From Perna viridis (taxonomy: Eukaryota): a stretch of 64,000 nucleotides of DNA. The stretch lies in NCBI GenBank assembly GCA_037379345.1, contig CM074514.1:45012001-45076000 (forward strand). Direction: 5' to 3'. Each line of letters begins with the position of its first letter. Position 1 is the stretch's first letter. Below the pieces are notes generated by a model. It worked only from the letters and a program-made list of their open reading frames with translations. It ran no database searches and was not told the origin of the DNA. Made by a program: the position numbers and the translations under genes. Shown in pieces: positions 54,001 through 64,000 of this stretch.

Positions 54001-57000
54001 TTTACTGTAGATGTTACTGCAAATTTTTTTTAATCATACATTTTACATTTAAGCCAGCCTGAAAAACTTAAGGTACAATTAAATGTAAATACAAATCGTT
54101 TTAAGGAAAAACTAAAAAGGTATACCACGTTTATATGTCAATAATTTATCACAAATGATGTTTTAAATTTTACACTGTCAATTCTTACCTTCGCATTTAT
54201 TATTCAGCATTTGAAAGCCTTCATTACACGTGCACTTATAGCTGCCATCTGTATTTGTACATATGGATTTTGACGGGCACAAACCATACAAACATTCATT
54301 TGTGTCTGCGAATATAATAAATTATGTTTGTTTTACCTGTTTGTGGACAGGAAAAATACAAGAGATATGATAATTTTATACGATAAAATCCGAAAACACA
54401 ATCATATATACTGCAAGAGTAATCAAGGGAAACAAGGTTATAGCGGTAATCAAAAGAATGTAATCCAGGGACAAAGACCTGACATGGAAAAGAGACATAC
54501 TCAACAGAGAACATAAAGTAACTAAAATCATACATACAAAGTAACAAAAGGAAATGAGCAACTCGGACTCCACTAAAAACTGAGAGCATGGACCAGGTGC
54601 ACCGGTAGGGTAAGCGTCTTCTGCTTTTCTGAAACACCCACCGAGTTGCTCATAAAACGTCAAGTCCGGTTAGACGAAAGAGGAAAGGAAAACTGACACG
54701 TTGAACAAATCAGTTTGTATGGCGCAAATGGATACACCGTAACGATTCATGAGTTCATGATGACGACCATAAAACTTTTGTAGTGATGACTTCAATCTTG
54801 TAGCAACATAACCCTGCTCCAGAAGCCTATTTGTTAGAATTCTAGCGCGGTACAAAAAGTCTGCATAGTCTCGGCAAGCTCTGGCATAACGTATGAGTTG
54901 TGATATGAACACTCCATACACAGGCGCTGAAGGAATGTTGCCACAGATGAAAGGAAAGTTGACAATTTTGAATGAAAAGTCATCATGTTTGTCGTAAAGT
55001 TTGGTCACTAGTTTTTCTTTACCATCGATTTCTAAGTGTAGGTCATGATATGAGGCTGACTTCACAGTGTCTGTAGTATCCATTATCTCAAGTTCTTTGG
55101 GGTAGATGCAATATATCAAATCCCCAAAATTAGGATTGTGCAAATTTTGTTATGCTGTACTCTTATCAAAATCATTAGAATCAAAGACTAATGAGGGTTC
55201 AAGGGGTGGGTGGGTAGCCTCCTTTGGCTCGAAAAGTTTGGTTGATTATTAGTATATTGAAAAAAATACATTGATTTTTATTTTGGAGCCGCCCCTTCAA
55301 GGCCAGTCAGTTTTTTCGGAATGTTTTAACCTGCCAATCCTTTAGACAATAAAATTATTATAGGCAAGTAAATTAAGGCTAACAACAAATTACCGAACAC
55401 TAGTCCAATTCATAATCAAGTCAAGTCCAAAATAAATCTGGCAAAATAGATATTACACCACCGGGGCTGCTGGTACCCCTATAGTCCTGAATTGGTGCAG
55501 GAACTTCAAACGAAATGGTGAGTTAAATCTAGATTTTACAGCGCACTAAAGATCATTATGATTTAATTTATTTTTATATAGTATTGATCTATATTTAAAT
55601 TAAGGATTTCTTAAATTAAAAGCAACTGTGTTAACAATGCGATCTACTTGAAAAAAAGAGTACATCATTCTATGCCGTAAGGACAATCTGAGATTTCTTT
55701 TGAATTCTGAACTGAGTTAAAATAGTATCACAAAAGTATACCTATACAGTCCGACCCAGTAAATGTATATCCTGTCCAGCAACTACACTTGTAGCTACCA
55801 TCTGTATTTGTACAGTTTGAATGTACTGGGCAGGAAGAACCAGATATACATTCATCTACATCTAAAGGAAAAAAATATTTATTAGAAAATTTTACATTAA
55901 TATTGAATTGTTCACCAATATTGAAATCAGATTTGCGTTTTTGAGTTAAAGATAAAATAAAATAAATGTGTGTCTTTCTTCTTGTTCCTCGGTCAACAAA
56001 ATGTATTTTCCCTAGTATCTTACCTTTGCAACTGTTGTTACTCAATTCAAAACCATCACGACATAAACAACTGTAAGATCCCTTAGAATTATGACAGTCA
56101 GAATTCACAGGACAAGGACTGTTGTAGCATTCATTGATGTCTGAAAGGCATAAAAGGCGTATGTCATCATACAATTGTTTTATTTACTGATGTTCCATAA
56201 TGGGAGTCCATAGGCAGTCGACATCTAATCCTGTGCATTGACTGTCTTATAAAACCCATATTGGGTATGACAATACAACCAATACACCCTATGGGTAATT
56301 AAATTCCTTAAAGATAAACGTAGAAAACCATGCCTCATCATTTAAACAAACCCGAAAGATAACATAGTTAAGTTTTACGAAAAAAAGTGACTTGTTCATT
56401 TTCAAATAGATACAGCTTGTTGATATATGTGTTTTATAAGATATATCAAGAATCTATCAATGCTAAGAGTGTACGACCGAGATCTTTAACGAGGACCAGC
56501 AGACTTTGAGAACATGGAAATCTTATATGGTAATGTTTGAAATTTTTTTTAAAGATTTAGTGTGTCACAAACTGGCATACTTTTGGTGAGACAAATGACA
56601 AGTGACGAAAAATATTTATACCCTTTCCTACAAAATGAGAAAATGTTACCTTCACATACACCTCCTGCTTTGACAAATCCTTCATTACAGATACAGGAGT
56701 AGCTACCTTCGGTGTTATTACAGAAGGAATCTTCAGGACATACGCTTTCAATACATTCATCAACATCTAAAACATTATACAATATTATAATATCTAAGTG
56801 AAGCAAAATTATGGTATCGAAGATGGAAATTCATGGGCAAAGCAAACCGCTCCAAAAGACATTAACTAAAACAAATACTAACAATAAAAAAGACAACAAA
56901 AATAAGTAAATCTCTCTTTAAAAATCAGGCGACATGTGTATAAGGTGTGGCACATGAAGAAAAAAATGCAGATAATTTATTTCAACATCCAATTATTTTT

Positions 57001-60000
57001 ACCTCATAACATCCATAATTTACCATCAAAGTGTATGAACAATATATCATTTTAAGATATTGACAGGTCAAATTTACTTTACATGCACTACATTATAATG
57101 GCGGGAAAATTTTACATGAACCGCATCAAAAGATCCAAAGATGAAGTGAACGATCAATGCATGAAAATAGTCTCCAACTTTTCAATATTTTTTTTAATTT
57201 TTAACGATGCAAAACATTCTGTACATTCGTTAAGTTAAAGGATATTATTAAACCTTTAAATCATTGTTACATTTATAAACATTTCGCTGTTACGCCAGGT
57301 AGGAGTGTTTTGCATATATATGCTTCAAAGAGTAATCAAGGGAACCAATGTTATAGCGGTAATCAAAAGAATGTAATCAAGGTACAAAGACCAGATATGG
57401 AAAACAGACATACACAACAAAGAACATAAAGTAACTAAAATCATACATACAAAGTAACAAAAGCAAATGAACAACTCGGACTCCACTTAAAAACTGGTAG
57501 CATGGACCAGGTGCATCGGTGGGGTAAGCGTCCTCTGCTTTTCTAGAAACACCCGCCGAGTTGCTCATAAAAAATCAAGTCCGGGGTAGACGAAAGAGGA
57601 AAGGAAAACTATGACACGTTGAACAAATCAGTTTTCAATACTGACGATACATTTAGTTTAATGCTTAAGCCGGAAGGGTATATTCTATCGAATATGAAGC
57701 AAATATTCTGATATGAAGTCAATTATATTTCAAAATTCAATTATATTTAAGGTAACAAGAAAACATTAGAACGTGTACGAATCATGCACGCTTGAGAGTA
57801 ATCAATGGAACCAAGATTCTAGCGGAAATCAAACGAATGTAATCCAGGGACAAAGACCAGACATGAAAAACAGACACATCAAAGAGCATTATGCAAATAA
57901 AACAATACATACAAAGTAACAAAAGCAAATGAGCTAAAAATTGGGAGCATGGACCAGATGCACAGGTAGGGTCATTTATCATTGTTCGTTAAGAATATAT
58001 ACTTACCACGACATTGGTTGTTAATTAAAGTGTATCCTTGTTGACAAACACAGTAAAAACCACCATCAATGTTGATGCATGTAGAATGTAAACCACAAGT
58101 CGACTTATCACTACATTCATCAATATCTATAACAAAAAATAAATCTAGAGAAATGAATTAAATTCATTTACATTTTAAGGTAAAGTTCAATCATTTAATA
58201 TATATCTTATTATATAAAATATATGTTTGGTAAATATTTAAGCTCGATGTATCATATATAACAACAACATATAAGACATTCAGAACTGTCAATTGAATAA
58301 TACCAAGGCATTCAATGTGTGTTTACATATCAATTAATCCGTACAAATGTTTCAAATTGTAAAGAAATGTTTTTAAAAAATTATGACAAATATTATTACC
58401 CAAACCATACAATGTATTTTGTTTGGTTTAAAATGAGTACAGAGATTAGCAGTCGCCCATATTTTAAAATGAGCACAGAGATTAGCAGTCATACTTATCT
58501 TAAAATAAGCACAGAGATAAGCAGTCATCTACATCTATATTTTAATTGATGAAGTACTGTGATGTCCTCACCTAAGCATAATCCAGCGTGTTCATAGAAT
58601 CCATTCAAACATGTACAAGTGAAACTGCCAATGGTGTTGTTACAGATGGAATGACTTGAACATGCAAAATCTAAACACTCGTTAACATCTAAAATCAAAT
58701 AATTATACATTAGATATAACTTTTTTTAAACTTAAATAAAGTAGATTATGAACTTTGCTTTTGGTATCAATGCCTCTCGTTAGGTACATCTAAATAAAAT
58801 CAAACATTAAAACAAGTCACCACTGCTGCTTTCATACTTATCCTTGTCATATAAAGAGTAATGAAATAATATGACATGCGAACTGTAAATTTATATTTCT
58901 TACCTTCACAGAATCCGTCTCCATTTTTATCATAGCCAGTATTACACTTGCATTTATAGCTCCCAACAGTGTTTGCACAACTGGAATCATTTACACATAT
59001 TCCACTGGTTAGGCATTCGTCGATATCTACAAAAATATCAGATAAAAGGAAATATAAACATTAACAAATATTCTGAATTAAAATAAAAAAAAAAACATAT
59101 ATCTTTAAAAATCGTTCGATTTATTGTATTGATATCTAGAAAAATATCACGTGATAATAAAGAAGAGTATTCACATAAGATAATTAATAAGTTAATCTCT
59201 AATCTCTAATCAATAGTACTAGAACAAAATACATTCGAATAAGATAATAAAAAACTCATTTTACCTTTGCACAAACTCGACTCTTCATAAAATCCTTCTC
59301 GACATTGGCAGGTATAACTTCCAACTGTATTGTTACAGATGGAATAGGGCGGACATGGGTATTCGTCACATTCGTCAATGTCTACAAAAATGTTATAATG
59401 TAAAAATACCAAATAATATTCAAATGGGTAAATTGAAAATTGAAATAAGTAAGCTGCTTATTTTGAGCTGCAAAGACCAACTTTAAATAAAATTTCAAAA
59501 GCAGATTTTTTTCTAATTTAAACGCTTCTCTTCTGCATTTTACTGATGAACAGTTGATCATTTTATACGTATTTCAGAATCCGTACAGTTGTATTTTAAA
59601 CATGGAATCCAATATATAAACTTGATAATAACTTACCACTGCATTCGTTTTGTTCCATGATATATCCTTGATGACAATTACATTTATAGCCTGATAATGA
59701 GTTTGTACAATTACTGTTTACTGGGCATGGCGCTGACAAGCAATGGTCAACTAAAAAAGAGACATAATGATATAATAAATATTAAGTTATAGTTGGTATT
59801 ACAAAACAAAAGCTTGGACTAAGAAACCCATAAGATGTCTATATCTTATATATATTGATTAAGCAGTTTTCCACAAGTAAAGCAATCTAAGATTTTTGTA
59901 GTAATTTAAAATCATTACATCTTTGTATATGGAAGAGATTGTCTATTTTGTTAATCATCATTAATTTATGATTCATTTTGAAATATCATTGAGCTGATGA

Positions 60001-63000
60001 ATACGTTTCTTCTTATTCATCAGGTACTTCGCAAAATAATTTATAAATCAAGTAGGTAAGTGTTCATATAAAAAAACACATTAAAGTCGTGTTTTGACTT
60101 GGTTTACACTTGGTTAGCTTAGACAATTAATTTTAAAAAGTGATATATCAATGATGAAAAATTGATATCTTTGCTATTCATATAAATAAATAGAAATAAA
60201 AACCTTGTTCTGTCGTCGGTAGATCGGTTGTTGTAATGTCGGTTGCAATATCAACTTCAACAGTAGTTCCTTCTTTAAGGCCTAAAACAAATCATTTAAT
60301 AAAATAAAACGAAGCAGGAATAGTATTTACTGTCTCACTTAAGTACAGAAGTCAAAACAGATCATTAAACTTTAACTTTAAAGGTTGCTTCCATCAAATT
60401 AAGTATTCATAAACTCAACATATGCTTGCAAATACACGAAAAAAAATACCAGTATACACACACAAAATATATATACTTACCAATAAATGATGTAAACTCA
60501 TCCTTTATAACATATCCTGGGTTGTCCATAGAGTAATATGCCTGATTCAGTTTATTCTTCATTGTTACAGCATCATATACCCCATCAATTACAGTTACTT
60601 CAAACATAACAACAACACTACCGGGTCTAAAAACCAAACGTATACAAGTGATATCTCAATAATTGCATTTAGTTATTTATGATTTTTAAGAGTTTTGATG
60701 TCTACGTTTTGTAAACATTTCAGGAATGTTTCTAATTTTGAACAGGTCATACGGAATAACCTTGTTGGTGGAAGTTAACACTCATTGCGGTTTATATGTG
60801 TAAACTGCCGCAAAGCAGGTGCACTGTATCATACAACCTATTAAAAATAGAAATATTCCTTATGATGATTTTTTCAAGATTCAATAGAATTAATTTGTAA
60901 TCAAGACATTGTTTATTTTTACATTATTTGAAGTACAGAGTGGTCCAGATGACTTTAAAATCAATGTCATACCAGGTCATATAAAGAAATTTGGTTGGCT
61001 AAAAAGGAGACAGCCAATCAGAAAGCTTGCTACAAATTAAATCAGATTATATAAATATGATGAGAGCAAATTCAGACACCTTTTTGTTCAATGGAAAAAA
61101 ATGAGCAATAGTGATAATTCTTTTACAAATTTTGATCATAAATACATCACTATATCGCTGTATAAAAAAGGCATTACTATTCAAATGTTTTAACAAATGT
61201 TTGAGTTACACGACAGTAAAGAATGAATAGGCACACTAAAGGCCAATCAGTTTTTACAATTTTTCAGTTGATTGCATTTAATTTTAAACAAGAGAAAATA
61301 TTTAGATTTTCAAATATACTGTGAGTACTTACTGGAAGCCAACGATGACAATGTCATCTATTGATAAATCCGATTTGGCTAAAATGCTCAGGAGCTGCAA
61401 GAAGAATACATTACGAGATAAAATTACATTCATTTGGTACTTGAATGTAAATATTTATTTATGTTTGTTTCTATACATGTTACTGTGTAAAGAAAGCGGT
61501 CTTTAATGTGAAGTATTTTACGCAACAAGAAAAAATATGTATTTACCGTCCCATTTTATCTAAATTGCGAGAGAATCACTTATTTGATTAGTTAAAATAA
61601 ATAGAAAATATTGTTTCACGATTTAAAGCCTTAAACATCGAATGTAAAGAACAAAATTATAACAGAGTGCATTATCGAAATGAATGGGTTAGCGTACTCA
61701 CAAACTGTTTCATCTGGGCTGCCATATTCTGAAAGGCCTGTGATTGGGGATCGTTCAAATCGTCGTTCCAGTTTTGATCCGTGACAATTTGACCCTGATA
61801 ATCAGTTGTTGAATGATGTGATGCTTTAGTTGATATACCATTTCCCTGTCCAGAATCATCGGTCACAAATACGTCATTTTTCTTGGTTATTTGATCTTGA
61901 TTTTCATTCCCACTATCTATAGTGGTAATTTCGTTTATGCCAAGAGAGGCATAAAACGTAGTTGATTCTCCTATTAAATGTTCAGTACTGCCTTGTTGTT
62001 TGGTGAACTTCGTCGTAATCATATTATTTTCTGTTGAAAAGAAATCATCATCATTAGGTAGATGGGTACTTGAAATCTTCATGGTAGTAAATTTATCTCT
62101 TGTCAATTGGTCGCTTGTATGTTCCACATATTTATTGCTTGACATTTCTTGTGGAGGTTTCGTTGTTTCAGTTTTTATAGTTGTGATACTTGTATCGACA
62201 TTGTGTGTAGGATTAGTCGTTAGATAGTCGGTATTTAAGTAGGGGAATGCAGTTGATACATCATTCCTATCATTTTGATTATCTAAGGAACTTGTTGTTA
62301 TTGCTCTTATATTCGTAGTTGTTTCTTCTATAGAACTTGTATTTATTTCTCCTATGGAACTTGTAGTTGTTTTTCCTATGGAACTTGTAGATGTTTCTCT
62401 TACGGGACTTGAAGCTGTTTCTCCTATGGAACTGGTGGTTGTTTCTGCTACGATACTCGTAATTATTTCTCCTATAGAACTGGCAGTTGTTTCTGCTACG
62501 GAATTAGTAGGTGTTTCTCCTATGGAACTGGCAGTTGTTTCTGCTAGGGAATTAGTAGGTGTTTCTCCTATGGAACTGGCAGTTGTTTCTCCTACGGAAC
62601 TGGTCGAAGTTTCTCTTACATAATTTGAAGTTGTTTCTCCTTTAGAACTTGTAGCTGTTTCTCCTATGGAACTTGTAGTTGTTTCTCCTATGAAATTTAT
62701 TGTCGTTGTTTCATTCATGGAACTTGTACTGGTTTCTTCTATGATATTTGTAAATACATCTATGGAACTTGTTTCTCCTATAGAAGTTTTGCCAGTTAAC
62801 TCCACCGAAGATGTTCTTAGAGTACTTGTTATTCCTGTTTCACTTGTTGTTTTGGTTATAGAGCTGGGTGTTGATGCGTCAAGTTCTGTCGTTTTAAAAG
62901 GTGTTTGAGAACCACTCGAACTTAAAGTAACGTCTGTTTCTTTTTCAGAAGTGGAATCGCTAGTCAACAAGGTCGACTGGCTTGAAAAAGAGGCTGTGAC

Positions 63001-64000
63001 AGATTGTGTATTGTTTGCGTCATAAATATGAGCCTTCGGTGTACCAATAGAAGAAGAAATAGAACTTAAATTAGTGGAAATTCCAGATGCATCTCCTGTG
63101 AGTGAGATTCGATTGGTTGTTATTTCCTTTTCTGTAAAGGTATTGTCAGTCATCATTGACAAATTTTCAGTTTTCTTAGTCTTAGTGTAGTCGGTTGAAG
63201 AAAAAACTGATGAGTCAATATCAGACGTTGTCGTACTCATAGTGTCGGATGTTTTGGAGTTAACTGAGTCGGAACTCATGTTGGTAGTAGATAAAACACC
63301 TGCGGTCACAGAACCAGTAGCTATCGCATGATATGTTCTGCTAGATATGTTTTCTGGAATGGGTGAAACCGTCCTTGTTAATGCATTATTTGTGCTTATA
63401 TCCGTCGCCGATTCCGTTACTCTCTTTGATAAAGTTGCAATTTCAGTACTAGATGTTTGCTTGTCTAGTAACGTATTTGAGTTTAAGTCCGTAATATTTC
63501 CCGAATCTGTTGTAATAGTGTTTTCTTCTGTCGACTTAATTGTAATTGTACTCATGATAGTTGACGAACGTACATTATCAGACACTAAATTACTGTTCAA
63601 GTCATTGTCACTAGCAGATGGTTTAAATGATGAAACATAATGTTTTGTTGTTCCATCGATATCTGACGACACTTCTGTATCACCGGAAGTACTTCTACTT
63701 AATTCCCGATTTACGGAGGTCATTTCAGTTGCATATTTAGAAAATGTTGTATAACCATCATTGCTCACAGTATCATCTACACCAGAAGACATAATATTAT
63801 TTGCTGCCGTAGACGTTTCAGTTGTTTCAGATTTAGCTGCTGGAGTGCTGCGAAAAGACATTGTTTTCTCTACAGCAACGGTGCTTTTATCCTCTGTTAT
63901 ATCAGAAGTAACTTTAGTTCTATCACCAACATGTTCATATGTAGTTTTATCGTCTTCAGTACTATCATCGTATGAGGTTGAAGCAACTTCGATCGAGAAA
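30043..64000 (-). CDS. Polycystin-1-like gene B with mucin/SEA/EGF ectodomain, 5'-partial, 40 exons in window, >4300 aa
   Basis: Exons (high to low): >64000-61702, 61394-61333, 60626-60481, 60281-60204, 59750-59637, 59381-59265, 59026-58904, 58688-58572, 58126-58007, 56766-56650, 56140-56024, 55861-55742, 54305-54189, 53925-53809, 53659-53540, 53173-53046, 52775-52559, 51680-51534, 51173-50963, 50637-48010, 47692-47517, 46975-46805, 46367-46099, 44585-44217, 43986-43858, 43646-43544, 42769-42576, 42216-41971, 41635-41152, 39984-39830, 39202-38969, 38021-37848, 37607-37447, 37019-36209, 35821-35689, 34331-34102, 33854-33680, 33395-32712, 32028-31468, 30314-30043. Junctions are GT-AG, the summed length keeps frame, and the frame stays open to the window edge. 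Motifs: [32 protein letters not shown] / YNPNVNMF. Confidence 0.87.
30992..31432. mobile_element. 441-bp element bounded by 33-bp inverted repeats, enclosing the tRNA-like unit
   Basis: aatgtgacgagactattcgctacactgctccat (30992-31024) vs atggagcagtgtagcgaatagagtcgtcacatt (31400-31432), 30/33 complementary. Confidence 0.7.
31121..31221 (-). ncRNA. tRNA-derived (SINE-head-like) Pol III unit, not a canonical tRNA
   Basis: Minus strand agcctagcTGGTCGAGTGGTctagggcgctggac...acGAGTTCGAGTCCcgcggaggg shows an A box and a B box, with an over-long central region. Confidence 0.65.
38072..38841 (+). mobile_element. Penelope-like element copy, antisense in an intron of gene B
   Basis: [19 protein letters not shown]...[10 protein letters not shown], frameshifted; starts about 50 nt from a PLAT exon acceptor. 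Confidence 0.85.
38969..39984 (-). other. Gene B GPS motif and TM1
   Basis: [18 protein letters not shown]|[17 protein letters not shown]^[16 protein letters not shown], a canonical four-Cys GPS. Confidence 0.88.
40190..40405 (+). mobile_element. Highly decayed 3' UTR of the same Penelope-like family
   Basis: gacgggagttttctagaaaa...ggacgcttatc...gtgca followed by a T-rich tract. Confidence 0.45.
42951..43184. repeat. Minisatellite, 79-bp unit x 3
   Basis: aaaatcgcc...cccagtacagatctga recurs at about 42951, 43030 and 43109. Confidence 0.9.
45204..45879. mobile_element. MITE-like element with imperfect TIRs, host of the PLE copy
   Basis: Left end ttccgtgaaaccactctaaac vs reverse complement of the right end tacattgaaacctgtctaaac; internal taaacatatctctgga repeats. 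Confidence 0.5.
45223..45703 (+). mobile_element. Penelope-like copy with an internal deletion, inserted inside a MITE-like element
   Basis: Jumps from aactttcctt directly to tatggccgttatcatg; TAAAC on both flanks (45220-45224 and 45704-45708). Confidence 0.8.
46099..51173 (-). other. Gene B PKD repeats and full REJ module
   Basis: [22 protein letters not shown] (PKD); [19 protein letters not shown]...FALETEF (REJ). Confidence 0.85.
52195..52336. repeat. Minisatellite, 46-bp unit x 3
   Basis: tttgaccaattactcatcaaggct recurs at 52195, 52241 and 52287. Confidence 0.9.
52559..53173 (-). other. Gene B SEA domain 2 with GSIVV motif (52689-52703)
   Basis: [16 protein letters not shown]...LSIHTISPG^[10 protein letters not shown]; followed by a 12th EGF exon at 51534-51680. 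Confidence 0.75.
54416..55139 (-). mobile_element. Penelope-like element copy
   Basis: ORF 54670-55143 is the RT C-terminus ending ...TDLFNVS; the full 3' UTR follows. Confidence 0.85.
57329..57637 (-). mobile_element. Penelope-like element 3' UTR copy
   Basis: Reverse complement of about 6622-6927. Confidence 0.85.
57795..57971 (-). mobile_element. Penelope-like element short 3' fragment
   Basis: agagtaatcaatggaaccaagattctagcggaa...gagcatggaccagatgcac. Confidence 0.75.
58428..58535. repeat. Degenerate minisatellite, about 36-bp unit x 3
   Basis: aaaatgag.acagagattagcagtc appears three times. Confidence 0.75.
60481..61810 (-). other. Gene B SEA domain 1 with GSVVV motif (60608-60622)
   Basis: Spliced sequence ...[10 protein letters not shown]^[10 protein letters not shown] matches the SEA autoproteolysis loop. 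Confidence 0.75.
61702..64000 (-). other. Gene B mucin-like Ser/Thr-rich stalk exon, ending in the start of SEA domain 1
   Basis: More than 760 open codons dominated by S/T/E, ending ...[26 protein letters not shown] (SEA N-terminal pattern). Confidence 0.8.
62320..62790 (-). repeat. Coding tandem repeat, 24-nt / 8-aa unit (ETTTSSIG-like), about 19 degenerate copies
   Basis: Recurring gtttctcctatggaact on the + strand; translation [34 protein letters not shown]... Confidence 0.85.

Larger units (their letters stand above)
53540..59750 (-). other. Gene B array of 11 EGF modules, mostly Ca-binding type, one per exon
   Basis: Eleven 114-123 nt phase 1-1 exons with D[IVT][DN]EC...C...C.N..G.[YF].C.C..G[YF]...C; the first starts VDHC. 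Confidence 0.9.

Noticed and set aside
62000-63640. Plus-strand V/L/E-rich ORFs, and other antisense ORFs over exons
   Set aside because: Antisense shadows of the S/T-rich and TM-coding exons.

Overview
AT-rich, intron-rich animal genomic DNA, most likely a bivalve mollusc (inferred from the repeat content and the collagen-less C1q gene). Two large polycystin-1-family (PKD1-like) genes face each other tail-to-tail. Gene A (+, 4209-28678, 25 exons rebuilt from GT-AG sites with consistent phases, about 2826 aa) reads signal peptide - LamG-like - WSC - PKD repeats - shortened REJ - GAIN/GPS - TM1 - PLAT - TM2-5 - TOP/TRPP-like channel. It has two polybasic furin-type sites flanking an insert and almost no C-terminal tail. 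Gene B (-, from beyond 64000 to 30043, 40 exons in the window, >4300 aa, 5' end outside the window) reads mucin-like S/T stalk - SEA - 11 EGF - SEA - EGF - PKD repeats - REJ - GAIN/GPS - TM - PLAT - channel - putative coiled coil. That places a mucin/adhesion-GPCR-like ectodomain with three candidate autoproteolysis sites on a polycystin channel. A two-exon secreted C1q-domain gene is nested antisense in an intron of gene A. The introns carry about 10 mostly 5'-truncated copies of one Penelope-like retroelement with a structured 3' end, a tRNA-like element inside inverted repeats, an RTE LINE relic, MITE-like elements and minisatellites. All gene models were read by hand and have not been validated with RNA data.
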